DNA from: Bacteroidales bacterium | GTDB lineage: Bacteria; Bacteroidota; Bacteroidia; Bacteroidales; UBA7960 | Length of the DNA stretch: 64,000 nucleotides | Direction: 5' to 3' | Assembly (NCBI GenBank): GCA_007118495.1 | Contig: SKRM01000003.1 | Span: forward strand, 12,334 to 76,333 | Shown here: in pieces, positions 37,883-47,000 of the stretch | Layout of the letters: every line of letters starts with the position of its first letter | How positions within the stretch are numbered: position 1 is the stretch's first letter | The notes under the pieces: model-generated | The model's input: the letters and a program-made list of their open reading frames with translations, nothing else | Databases searched by the model: none | What the model was told of the DNA's origin: nothing | Made by a program: the position numbers and the translations under genes

Positions 37883-38230
37883 TTAATCAAAGATAAGACG
37901 GATTCTGTCTTCAAGTTCATTTTTGATTTTCCGGATAAAAGCATCCTTATCAAAAAGATACATGGCGTGTATATAAATTTTTTTCTTGTCGGGCGACATG
38001 TCAACTGTCAGACTGCCAGGTGTCATTGATATAAGGTTGACCAGGGCAATAACAGCTGTTTCGTTTTTCAAATCAATGGGAACCTCCACAAAACCAGGTC
38101 GCATAAGGTCTTTCGGAGTGATGATATCATAAGCAACATACAAGCTCGACACGACCAATTCTTTCAGATAATATCCAATAAACAGTATCAACCTGAAAAT
38201 TCGAAGCAAAAAAGTGAAAATTTTTAGCAT
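37883..38230 (-). CDS. mrpE: Mrp-type antiporter subunit E (short form)
   Basis: 115 aa. SSLYVAYDIITP, LISMTPGSLTVD, IYIHAMY. It cannot be extended because there is an in-frame stop 8 codons upstream. It is shorter than the ~160-aa Bacillus/Staphylococcus subunits as I recall them. Confidence 0.75.
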   Translation of the reverse strand: MLKIFTFLLRIFRLILFIGYYLKELVVSSLYVAYDIITPKDLMRPGFVEVPIDLKNETAVIALVNLISMTPGSLTVDMSPDKKKIYIHAMYLFDKDAFIRKIKNELEDRIRLIFD

Positions 38231-38244
38231 AGTGGCACGGCTTT

Positions 38245-39729
38245 TTATTGTTTACCCAAAACAGCTTGAATGTATATTAAAGGATCTGTCAGCTGCACAG
38301 CAGCTTCATGTGTAATCTTCATCACAGGGCCTACAAAAACTCCAAGCAATATAACTGCCAGGACCAACAGTGATGAAGCAGCAAGGGTCAGGTTACTCAC
38401 CCTTGAAGGTGCAGGCATGTTTTCAGGTTCACTTTTCCAATAGGCTTCATTCCAGATTTTGACCATTGAAAACAAAGTGAACAAGCCCACAGCAATGGCC
38501 ACACCGGTAATGAGGTAATCACCGGCTGCAAACCCTCCTTTTACAAGAAACAGTTTTCCGAAAAATCCCGGAAGGGGTGGTATCCCGGCCAGTGACATGG
38601 CCGGAACAAAAAACAGCAGGGCGAGAAAGGGCATGCTTTTATACAAGCCTCCCAGGTATTTGAGGTCATAACTGCCTGACCGTTGATATACCAGTCCGCC
38701 AGCCAGAAAGGTCCCTGTCTTTGACAGCATATTGTGCACTGTAAAATATATTGCAGCTGCAACAGCCTGGGGTGTGAAAATGACCAGCCCCATGACCATA
38801 TAACCCACCTGACTGATAATATGGAATGAAAGTATCTTGCGGATGTCAAATTGTGAGGCTGCCATCAAAACACCCACTGTCATTGTCAAACCGGCAATGA
38901 CCAGTAGAAAGATCTTCCAGAACATGACATCCTCGACCACAAATAAGCTGTAAAACCTCATCATGGTATATATGCCTACCTTGGTGAGGGTTCCGGCAAA
39001 CAATGCGGTAATGGCCACGGGAGGTGTATGATATGAGGCCGGCAGCCAAAAGAAAAAGGGAAACAGGGCTGCCTTTATGCTAAAAGCTATGAAAAATAAC
39101 ATCAGGGCGCTGTTCATATAGGGCATTTCTTCCCAGCTTCTCATCTTATAAGCCAGATCAGCCATATTGAGTGTTCCTGCCTGTCCATACATTATCCCGA
39201 TGGCAGATACAAAAAAGATTGATGCCACAAAACTGATGGTTACATATTTTACACTTCCCCGTAATTGTTCTGCTGATCCGCCAAGAGCAATGAGAACGAA
39301 TGACGAGGTAAGCATAACCTCATACCAGACATACATATTAAATATATCGCCGGTAATAAAAGCTCCGTTAACACCCATAAGCAAACCGAACACCAGGGGA
39401 TAGTAGCCAGCTGTCTGGCGCTCTTTGTCAATAAATCCGGGGCTATAGATCATAACCACCAATGCCACAAATGAAGTTGTTGTCAACATGATTGCCGACA
39501 AAAGGTCAACTACCAGGGTGATCCCGTAAGGTGCAGGCCAGCCCCCAAGCTGGAGCGTCATGATTCCCTTTCTGGATACCTCAGCCAGCAAAAGAGCTGA
39601 CAAAAATGTCAGGGCAAATGATGCAATAAGGCTGAACACCTGTTGAAAGGCAAGCCATCGCCGGGTAAATATAAGCGCTACCATAAAAAGCAGAGGCAGC
39701 ATTATGGGTAACACAAGAATCATAGTCAT
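38245..39729 (-). CDS. mrpD: Mrp-type antiporter subunit D (NuoN/NuoM-like proton-pumping subunit)
   Basis: 494 aa polytopic protein with the NADH-quinone oxidoreductase chain M/N pattern (WLPASYHTPPVAITALFAG, SQVGYM). Confidence 0.9.
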   Translation of the reverse strand: MTMILVLPIMLPLLFMVALIFTRRWLAFQQVFSLIASFALTFLSALLLAEVSRKGIMTLQLGGWPAPYGITLVVDLLSAIMLTTTSFVALVVMIYSPGFIDKERQTAGYYPLVFGLLMGVNGAFITGDIFNMYVWYEVMLTSSFVLIALGGSAEQLRGSVKYVTISFVASIFFVSAIGIMYGQAGTLNMADLAYKMRSWEEMPYMNSALMLFFIAFSIKAALFPFFFWLPASYHTPPVAITALFAGTLTKVGIYTMMRFYSLFVVEDVMFWKIFLLVIAGLTMTVGVLMAASQFDIRKILSFHIISQVGYMVMGLVIFTPQAVAAAIYFTVHNMLSKTGTFLAGGLVYQRSGSYDLKYLGGLYKSMPFLALLFFVPAMSLAGIPPLPGFFGKLFLVKGGFAAGDYLITGVAIAVGLFTLFSMVKIWNEAYWKSEPENMPAPSRVSNLTLAASSLLVLAVILLGVFVGPVMKITHEAAVQLTDPLIYIQAVLGKQ

Positions 39730-40067
39730 TCGTTTTCTGAAAGTTCGTCTAAATCAACCGTTCCGGTAACGCTATAAAACCTGTATACCAATACCAGTGC
39801 GAACGCGGTAACACCCAGTCCAATTACTATAGCTGTGAGTATCAGTGCCTGCGGAAGGGGGTCAGACATGGTCGCGGTTTCACCTTCAAGATTCCTGATA
39901 AAGGCAGGATAACCGCTGGTAAGCCCACTTGCCACAAACAATAGCAGGTTGGTGGCATACCCCAGAAATATGAGTCCGAGAACCAGCTTAAAAATATTTC
40001 TGCGTAAAAGCAGGTACACTGCCGATCCGTACAACACACCTATTAGAACTGCCAGCAATAAAAGCAT
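39726..40067 (-). CDS. mrpC: Mrp-type antiporter subunit C (NuoK-like)
   Basis: 113 aa, three TM helices. PLPQALILTAIVIG. Confidence 0.88.
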   Translation of the reverse strand: MLLLLAVLIGVLYGSAVYLLLRRNIFKLVLGLIFLGYATNLLLFVASGLTSGYPAFIRNLEGETATMSDPLPQALILTAIVIGLGVTAFALVLVYRFYSVTGTVDLDELSENE

Positions 40068-40069
40068 AT

Positions 40070-40483
40070 TTAATCCTCCATAATTGAAAACATAACCAAC
40101 ATAAGCATTCCCGCCACGGTAAGGTAAACCCCAACATCGAACAGGAGAGGAGTGCCCAGCTTTAATTCAACTACCGTATGCTGAAACAAAGTGATCCACT
40201 CACCGGTCATGAATGGAGAACCGCTGAAAAGGGCTGGAACACCGCTTAAAAGGGCGATGAGCAACCCAAGGGCTGTCATAGTAACCGGACTGAATGATAT
40301 ACTTTTCTGGGTTTTGCTTACACCAAATGCCATGGCGTAAAGGATAAATGCAGCTCCAAGCATCAGGCCACCTATAAAACCGCCACCAGGTTCATTGTGT
40401 CCGCGGTATAAAACAACCAGTGACAATACAATCAGGATGGGTCGCATATGCCGGGCGGCGATTTGTAAAATAACTGACTCCAT
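40070..40483 (-). CDS. mrpB: Mrp-type antiporter subunit B
   Basis: 137 aa. YRGHNEPGGGFIGGL is the MnhB signature. Confidence 0.88.
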   Translation of the reverse strand: MESVILQIAARHMRPILIVLSLVVLYRGHNEPGGGFIGGLMLGAAFILYAMAFGVSKTQKSISFSPVTMTALGLLIALLSGVPALFSGSPFMTGEWITLFQHTVVELKLGTPLLFDVGVYLTVAGMLMLVMFSIMED

Positions 40484-40484
40484 A

Positions 40485-42791
40485 TCAGATCTCTTTTCGT
40501 TTAGATAACTTGATCATTGAAAAGATTCCCAGTGCAGCTATGGCTATTACACTGATCTCTCCCAATGTGTCCAGTGCCCTGAAATCTACCAGGATCACAT
40601 TTACCACATTTCTGCCAAATGCTTCACTGTAGCTTGCCTCTTTAAAAAACGACGAAATGGGTTCACTCATCTGGGTTGTGCCAGCCTGAAGCACCAAAAC
40701 CATCATAAAGGCACCCACCAGTGAGGCAACAAGTCCGTCGCGCATTCTGGCTCCGCTCTCAGAGTATTTTGCATATTTTGGCAGGTGATAAAGCACAGCC
40801 ATGGCCAAAATGACCATTAATACTTCAACCATTATCATGGTTATGGCCAGGTCAACGCCGCTGAAGGCAATAAATATGATGGATATTCCAAACCCGATCA
40901 CTCCCATGGCCACCAGAGCAATGACCCTTGAGTGTGAAATCACTGCCGACAAGGCTGCTGCAATAATTAGTACAACCACTGCCACAAGGTTCAGTGGCAT
41001 GTCTGCGAAGTTCAGTTCAAGTATGATGGGGTCAGCCCTCCAAATCATTACCCAGACCAGAACAGAAGCCACGGCAAAAACTGTCATCAGATAAAAACGG
41101 TGGTATCCATGCTGTATCCGGCTGGTTTGTTTTTTGGTAAAATGAAGAAATCCATCAACAGCAGCTACAAATCCGTTGGAGAACTCTCTGGCAAAATACC
41201 TCAGGTTAATACTGCCTGAATGTTCCAGAATCATGCGCTTATACCGGTACATGAAGTAACCCGTAAAAAGGGTCAAAGCACTTAAAAGAAGAACAAGATT
41301 GAATCCATGCCAGAGTTTCAGACCCACAGCAACATGACCCGGACTGACAGAGGTAATGGCCATGGCGGTAAGAGGTGCTGCAAGATTAGCCGGGAAAAGT
41401 CCCAGCAGTAAGCTAAGCAGCACAAGTACCACAGGTCCTGCCATGAGTGCTACATAGGGGTCAAAGGGCTTCTTTTGGTAATCGGATCTTTTCCCCCAGA
41501 AAACATCCAGTGATAGTCGCAGTGAGAGGAAGACAAGCACAGAATTGGTAAAAAAAGCGGCCAGTAAAATAAGGTAACGAGAAGTAGGGGCCAGGCTTGT
41601 GGCCTCATAGATGAGCTCTTTGCCAACAAACCCGAGCATGGGTGGTATTCCGGCCATTGAAACCAGAGCCAGTGACATAACAATGGCAGCCACAGGCATT
41701 TCTTTGAACAGGCCACCCAATTTGGTAATATCTCTGGTGCCTGTCATTTTTTCAATATTTCCGGCCATCATAAACAGGGTGCCCTTGTATAAGGCATGGA
41801 CCAGCAAAAATATGATGGCAGCATTTATTGCATATTGGGTGCCTGTTCCTATAAGCAGAACCAGGGTGCCAAGGGCGCTCACAGTGGTATATGCCAGTAT
41901 TTTTTTCAGGTCAGTCTGGGTAATACTGAACCAGGCTCCCATAACCATTGTGACTGTTCCAAATGTGGTAAGCAGGATATGCCAGATTTGGGTGTCGCCC
42001 ATAACCGGATTTAGTCGGGCAAGCAAGAATACACCCGCTTTAACCATAGTGGCCGAATGCAAGAATGCGCTGACAGGCGATGGTGCAGTCATGGCACCGG
42101 GTAGCCAAAAATGAAACGGAAACTGTGCAGATTTGGTAAAAGCTCCAAGCAGGATAAGTATCAGTGCAGGCAGATACAGGACACTTGAGCGGATGGGTTC
42201 AGGATCGGCCAGTATGGTAGATAGTTCATACGTACCATAGGGCAAGCCCAACAATACAAAACCACCCAGTAACGCCAGACCCCCAAAACCAGTAATCAGC
42301 AAGGCCTGAAGGGCGGCTGTCCTGGCTTCAGGTTTTTCATGATGGTAGCCAATGAGCAGGTATGAGCTGATACTGGTGAGCTCCCAGAAAACAAACATGG
42401 TGATCAGGTTCCCTGAAACCACAATTCCCAGCATGGCTGCCATGAATAATATGAGGTAGCCCATAAACCTGCCTTTCATGGGGTAGGGTACCATATACTT
42501 TCCTGCATATATCAAAATAAATGCCCCTATGCCCAAAATGAGGAGACTGAAAAGTATTCCAAATCCATCAATATAGAAAGATAGGTTGATATCATATACA
42601 GGAATCCATTTGTAGCTTTCTGTGATAACCTCACCTTTGAGAATAACAGGGAGTGCTCTTAAATAATATATGATACCAGCAACCGGCACAATGGCATACA
42701 GAGGGCCGGCCAGATTGTTTAAATATCTTCTTGTAAAGGGAGCCAGAAACGAAAGCAATAGCAGAAGACCTATTAACAAACCGGAATTCAT
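40485..42791 (-). CDS. mrpA: Mrp-type antiporter subunit A (NuoL-like plus MnhB-like C-terminal domain)
   Basis: 768 aa polytopic protein. WELTSISSYLLIGY, FHFWLPGAMTAPSPVSAFLHSATMVKAG. First gene of the mrpABCDEFG operon. Confidence 0.92.
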   Translation of the reverse strand: MNSGLLIGLLLLLSFLAPFTRRYLNNLAGPLYAIVPVAGIIYYLRALPVILKGEVITESYKWIPVYDINLSFYIDGFGILFSLLILGIGAFILIYAGKYMVPYPMKGRFMGYLILFMAAMLGIVVSGNLITMFVFWELTSISSYLLIGYHHEKPEARTAALQALLITGFGGLALLGGFVLLGLPYGTYELSTILADPEPIRSSVLYLPALILILLGAFTKSAQFPFHFWLPGAMTAPSPVSAFLHSATMVKAGVFLLARLNPVMGDTQIWHILLTTFGTVTMVMGAWFSITQTDLKKILAYTTVSALGTLVLLIGTGTQYAINAAIIFLLVHALYKGTLFMMAGNIEKMTGTRDITKLGGLFKEMPVAAIVMSLALVSMAGIPPMLGFVGKELIYEATSLAPTSRYLILLAAFFTNSVLVFLSLRLSLDVFWGKRSDYQKKPFDPYVALMAGPVVLVLLSLLLGLFPANLAAPLTAMAITSVSPGHVAVGLKLWHGFNLVLLLSALTLFTGYFMYRYKRMILEHSGSINLRYFAREFSNGFVAAVDGFLHFTKKQTSRIQHGYHRFYLMTVFAVASVLVWVMIWRADPIILELNFADMPLNLVAVVVLIIAAALSAVISHSRVIALVAMGVIGFGISIIFIAFSGVDLAITMIMVEVLMVILAMAVLYHLPKYAKYSESGARMRDGLVASLVGAFMMVLVLQAGTTQMSEPISSFFKEASYSEAFGRNVVNVILVDFRALDTLGEISVIAIAALGIFSMIKLSKRKEI

Positions 42792-43100
42792 TGGTAAGAC
42801 GTTTTATCTGTATAAATTACCGGTATTGACCGGAAAACGAATTCATAACACAAGGTAGGGGATTATTGTTTACTAAATTAGAAAAAAAACAGATGAGTTT
42901 AACTTCAGTATTGCTGGCCTTGAAACAGTTGAACAGCGTGAAAAAAAACTGAATTTATGACACTTATTTTTTTGTTTTACACCGTAAACATGTCAATATG
43001 ACACCATTAGAGTCAAATAATACACATCTAATACACTGGCATACCTTTTGAAGAGGAATGGGTGAATCTCTAAACATTCATTGTTTAACTATTAAAATAA

Positions 43101-43107
43101 AGGAGGG
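43101..43107 (+). promoter_or_regulatory. Canonical Shine-Dalgarno (AGGAGGG) for hsp20
   Basis: AGGAGG ends 7 nt before ATG 43114. No other start codon I inspected in this window has an SD at functional spacing. Confidence 0.6.
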
Positions 43108-43113
43108 TTAGCT

Positions 43114-43551
43114 ATGTTACCAATGCTGAGAAAAAACCGTGGCAACGTGCCCAGCTTTATTGATGAGTTTTTTGGCAGAGACTGGATGGACAGCGTATTC
43201 AGTGACCAGCCAGGTATCAGTACCCCTGCAGTAAATGTGAAAGAAAACAATGATGATTTTCTCATTGAAGTGGCGGCTCCGGGTCTGGAGAAAAATGATT
43301 TCAAAATTGACCTCGACAACAATGTGCTTAGCATTTCAAGCGAGAAAGAAATCAGAAACGAAGACAAAGAAGAAGGACGCTATATGCGCAGGGAGTTCAG
43401 CTATACCTCATTCAGTCGTTCTTTCAGCTTGCCCGAAGCAGTTGATGCTGAGAAAATAAAGGCAAAGCATAAGGATGGTATTTTGACGATAACCATTCCA
43501 AAAAGGGAAGAAGCCAAAAGGAAACCACCCAAACAAATTGCTATTTCATAA
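43114..43551 (+). CDS. Hsp20/alpha-crystallin family small heat-shock protein
   Basis: 145 aa. PAVNVKENNDDFLIEVAAPGLEKNDFKIDL, SFSRSFSLPEAVD, AKHKDGILTITIPK. Confidence 0.93.
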   Translation: MLPMLRKNRGNVPSFIDEFFGRDWMDSVFSDQPGISTPAVNVKENNDDFLIEVAAPGLEKNDFKIDLDNNVLSISSEKEIRNEDKEEGRYMRREFSYTSFSRSFSLPEAVDAEKIKAKHKDGILTITIPKREEAKRKPPKQIAIS

Positions 43552-43569
43552 GGATGCCGGGCGCACCAT

Positions 43570-43606
43570 AAAAAAAGGGAGAGCCAGAAAAGCTCTCCCT
43601 TTTTTT
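43570..43606. terminator. Bidirectional Rho-independent terminator between hsp20 (+) and the rubrerythrin-like gene (-)
   Basis: A7 tract, then an 8-bp GC-rich stem GGGAGAGC / GCTCTCCC with a 7-nt loop, then a T7 tract. It reads as a terminator on both strands. Confidence 0.85.
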
Positions 43607-43618
43607 ATGGTTTGAGGG

Positions 43619-44074
43619 CTAATTGTCACGCATTACGTAATCATCGTATTCAATTTCAAACCTGAGCTTATGTTTTGACTCTTCAACAGCCAGAGCCTCA
43701 AAAACACGTTTCAGTTCAGGATTATCAACCCGTTCAGATAATTTGGTGTAAAGCTTAAAGGCTGCCTTTTCACGCTTCATGGCCAATACCAGCGCGTCTC
43801 TGTACTCCATCTCTTCAGTATTTTTGGTCCTGACCACGTAGTCGGCAATTTTAAGGTCGTTTACCCGCTCTATTTCCATGTCGAACAGACCTTCATCTTT
43901 TATTTTTTGCAATCTGGCCTTATGGCCTACTTCTTCTTTTGCAAACTGAATGAAAGTTTCCTTCATCTCTTTATTCTGCATTTTTGCAGCAAGTGATGTA
44001 TAGAAGTCAACGGCTTCTTGTTCTGATTGCATGGCAAAATCCAGGATTTCATTTACGGAGCTAAATGCTTGCAT
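43619..44074 (-). CDS. Rubrerythrin-like di-iron (ferritin-like) protein without rubredoxin domain
   Basis: 151 aa. Two ExxH di-iron motifs (AKEEVGH, AVEESKH) with upstream Glu partners. No CxxC pairs. Begins 13 nt after the upstream gene. Confidence 0.8.
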   Translation of the reverse strand: MQAFSSVNEILDFAMQSEQEAVDFYTSLAAKMQNKEMKETFIQFAKEEVGHKARLQKIKDEGLFDMEIERVNDLKIADYVVRTKNTEEMEYRDALVLAMKREKAAFKLYTKLSERVDNPELKRVFEALAVEESKHKLRFEIEYDDYVMRDN

Positions 44075-44087
44075 AATAATGTCCGGT

Positions 44088-47000
44088 TTATGTGTTTAAA
44101 AATGTATTCTTCCAATTGTCATCAAAGCGCTTAACAAGGTAATCGCATCCATGATCAAACATTTTTTTGTTGGCTTCATGGGTGGTATACGCCAGCCTGT
44201 AAAGACCTTTGCTCTGATTGCCTACAAATGAGGCCACTTCAAGCATGACATCAGCAGGACCTTCGTAGTCTGCCTTGATTCCAAGGCCAAACAGAAGTGC
44301 TTTAAGTTGGGTCAGTGAACTAAATTCAAGATTTGATTGACTTACCGGCTCAAATTGCTGAATGAATTTCTGGGTATTGGTAAAACTGCCGCCAATTTCT
44401 GTGTGCAATGATGCCGGAAGCACCAAGTCAGCCAATTGTGCTGTATCTGACATAAACAGATCTTGCACCACCAGAAACTCCGTTTTTTTCAGTGTATTTG
44501 TAACCATTTGTCCCTCCAGGGCACAACCTGCCGGATCTTCACAGAAAATAAAAGCATTTTTTATTTTACCTGCTGAAAGTAAGGCCCACTGATCTTGTTC
44601 AATATAGGCCTGCATTGTATCGAGGCCCCAAATCTCAGCCAGTTTTTCAACTACCTTTGGTTCAGACATCATATTTCCGCCAGGGGCTAAGGCTGCACAC
44701 GCACCCATGTCAAGTAACCCTTGTGCATTGTTTTTTTCCTTTAATGGAATAAGTCCACTGGCAGTTTTACCACTTTTACCGGTAATCATGCATAGGTTTC
44801 TGAGCTCTTGTGAGGTTTGCGCGCTTACATTTTTTTCAGAGAATATGAGGATTGCGTGTGGTTCCTGGTTGAATTCCCGGGCAAACCGGGCAATTTCTTC
44901 TTCACTGCATCCAGCTTCATTTAACAAATGACCAAAGTCTTCAGAGAGCACTTTTTCGCGGTATGTTTCAAATGCATCGCAATGATCATCAATAAATACC
45001 ATGTTCTCCATTTTATTTGAAAGGACGTAATGGAGTACTGCTTTAACAAAATAATACCCTGACAACATTTGAACCACCCTGGTGGCCTTTTGCTTCATGC
45101 TGTTGTTATTCTTGCTGGTAATAAGCTCAAAGGGAGTGCCCTGGTTAAAATGGGTGTTGAAGGCTTCGTATCCCGGAACACCATGTTCGTAATTGATCTC
45201 TGAATCGAATATGTATATTCTGCCCGCTTTACTTATTTGTGTCAGGGGTACCGAAAACTGGCTGTTCAGAAAATAGCCTCCTCCACGGCCCATATAATGG
45301 AAACTGCTTACCTGGTTTGTTTTGACACCAGCCCGTGCAAGTTTCTGGATCAGGTACATTTCTTCATTGGTCAACCTGGCGCCAATGTAAAACCCGTTTT
45401 CAGCCGGCTGTACACTACTGATTTTTTCCAGTATGGTTTCAAAGGCCTCTTTAAAGGATATTTCAACAAATTTTCCGTCAATTTTTTTCAATGGTTTGGT
45501 GATGCGGCTTTTATCATTCAGGTAATGATATCCGAATTTGGCATAACGGCAAATGTTTCCGTTTTTATTAATCAGCCCTTTGCTGCCCGTTGTCCTTGAT
45601 ACGAACCCGCCCTTATGGTGAAGCTCTATCTGACACCCCACTGAACAATAATTACAAATGGTGGTCATCACATCGGTTGGTACAGGCATGGTCTTGAAAG
45701 GCACATTCTCTGTCAGGGCCCCCGTTGGGCAAGTATCAATACATAGTCCGCATGATTCACATTGGGTATCCTGCAGCCGACCATCCATTGATGGAGCTAT
45801 GTGGGTATCAAAGCCTCTGTTTACAAGACCCAGGGCGTTTGCACCGTTAACCTCTGAACAAATCCTGATGCAGCGCGAACAAAGGATACACTTATTGTTG
45901 TCAATTTCAATAAACGGATGTCCAAAATCAACCTGGTATTTGCGATATTCGCCTCCAAACCGCCTTTGTTCTGCCTTATACTGGCTGGCATACTTTTTCA
46001 GGTCGCATGTATGAAGTTCTGAGCAACCACATTCAAGACAGCGCCTGGTTTCTTCAATGGCTGCCTGTTGTCTGTAACCCAGTTCTACTTCATTGAAATT
46101 ATCCCTTGCCTGGGGATCAAGTGTGGGCATCTCTTCACGGATTTGCTCTTTGAAATGTCCGTGGTATTCTTCGCTGACCTGCTTTTCAAAATGGTCTTTT
46201 TTGCTTAAAAATTCTTTTACAGGGGGGGTGATCTCCTCATTGCGCAGCCATTTGCTGCAGCTGTTTGCTGCCAGCCTTCCCTGGGCTATGGCCTCGATCA
46301 GTGTGGCCGGGCCTGTTACGCCGTCACCACAGGCAAATACATTGTCAATGGAGGTCTGCAATGTATTTGTATCTGCATCTATATCTCCCCATTTGTTAAG
46401 TTTCAGCTCTCTGCCTGCATGCTCAGATATATTATCGATGAAATCTACTACGGTTTTCTGTCCGATGGCGGCAAGGATAAAATCTAATTTGACATCAAAC
46501 TCTGATCCTTCTATTTTCACAGGCCTTCTGCGGCCTGACGCGTCGGGCTCCCCAAGCTCCATCCGTATACAACTCAGCGATTCAAGGTTGCCGTTTTTGT
46601 CTTTGTTTACCCTGGCCGGGGCAGTGAGAAACATGTAGTTGATCCCTTCGAGTTTTGATTCGTGAATTTCAATGGGATTGGCAGGCATTTCCTTTTCGGT
46701 TCTCCTGTAAATAACTGTAACATCTTCAGCACCACATCGTTTTGCTGTCCTGCAGCAGTCCATGGCAGTGTTTCCACCACCTATAACGGCAACTTTTTTA
46801 CCTGTGAAGTCATATTTCTGACCAGTCATTTCCATGTTGCGGAGAAAATCAATCCCCGAAAAGATATTTCCGGCATCATCATTTTCACAACCTATACCTG
46901 TTCCTTTCTGAGAACCAATGGCCAATATGCTGGCATCATATTTATTCTTTAGTTCAGCGTAGTTGAGGTTATCACCCAGTTTTTTCCCATAATGGATGTT

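Noticed and set aside
42893-42952. Micro-ORFs in the mrpA-hsp20 intergenic region, for example a 19-codon MSLTSVLLALKQLNSVKKN.
   Set aside because: There are no supporting signals such as a promoter box or SD, no conservation information is available, and such short ORFs are expected by chance in 320 bp.
43053-43113. A defined fourU/ROSE-type RNA thermometer upstream of hsp20.
   Set aside because: The only pairings I can draw to the SD are 5 bp long, include G-U pairs and span 30-50-nt loops. That is too weak to assert without folding calculations and a mapped TSS. It is kept only as a hypothesis within the SD finding.
44091-45665. Calling the 1229-aa protein a formate dehydrogenase alpha subunit.
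   Set aside because: There is no Cys/Sec at the expected ligand position (sequence SSFHY). There is no in-frame TGA, no recognisable Molydop_binding C-terminal domain, and no fdhD/fdhE or molybdopterin genes nearby.
46093-46638. A 181-aa plus-strand ORF antisense to the 1229-aa FeS/GltD gene. Similar long antisense ORFs lie at 45658..46014, 48601..49053 and 41611..42114.
   Set aside because: These are shadow ORFs opposite strongly supported genes. Their translations are Ser/Leu/Pro-rich without motifs, and the sense strand has unambiguous domain signatures.
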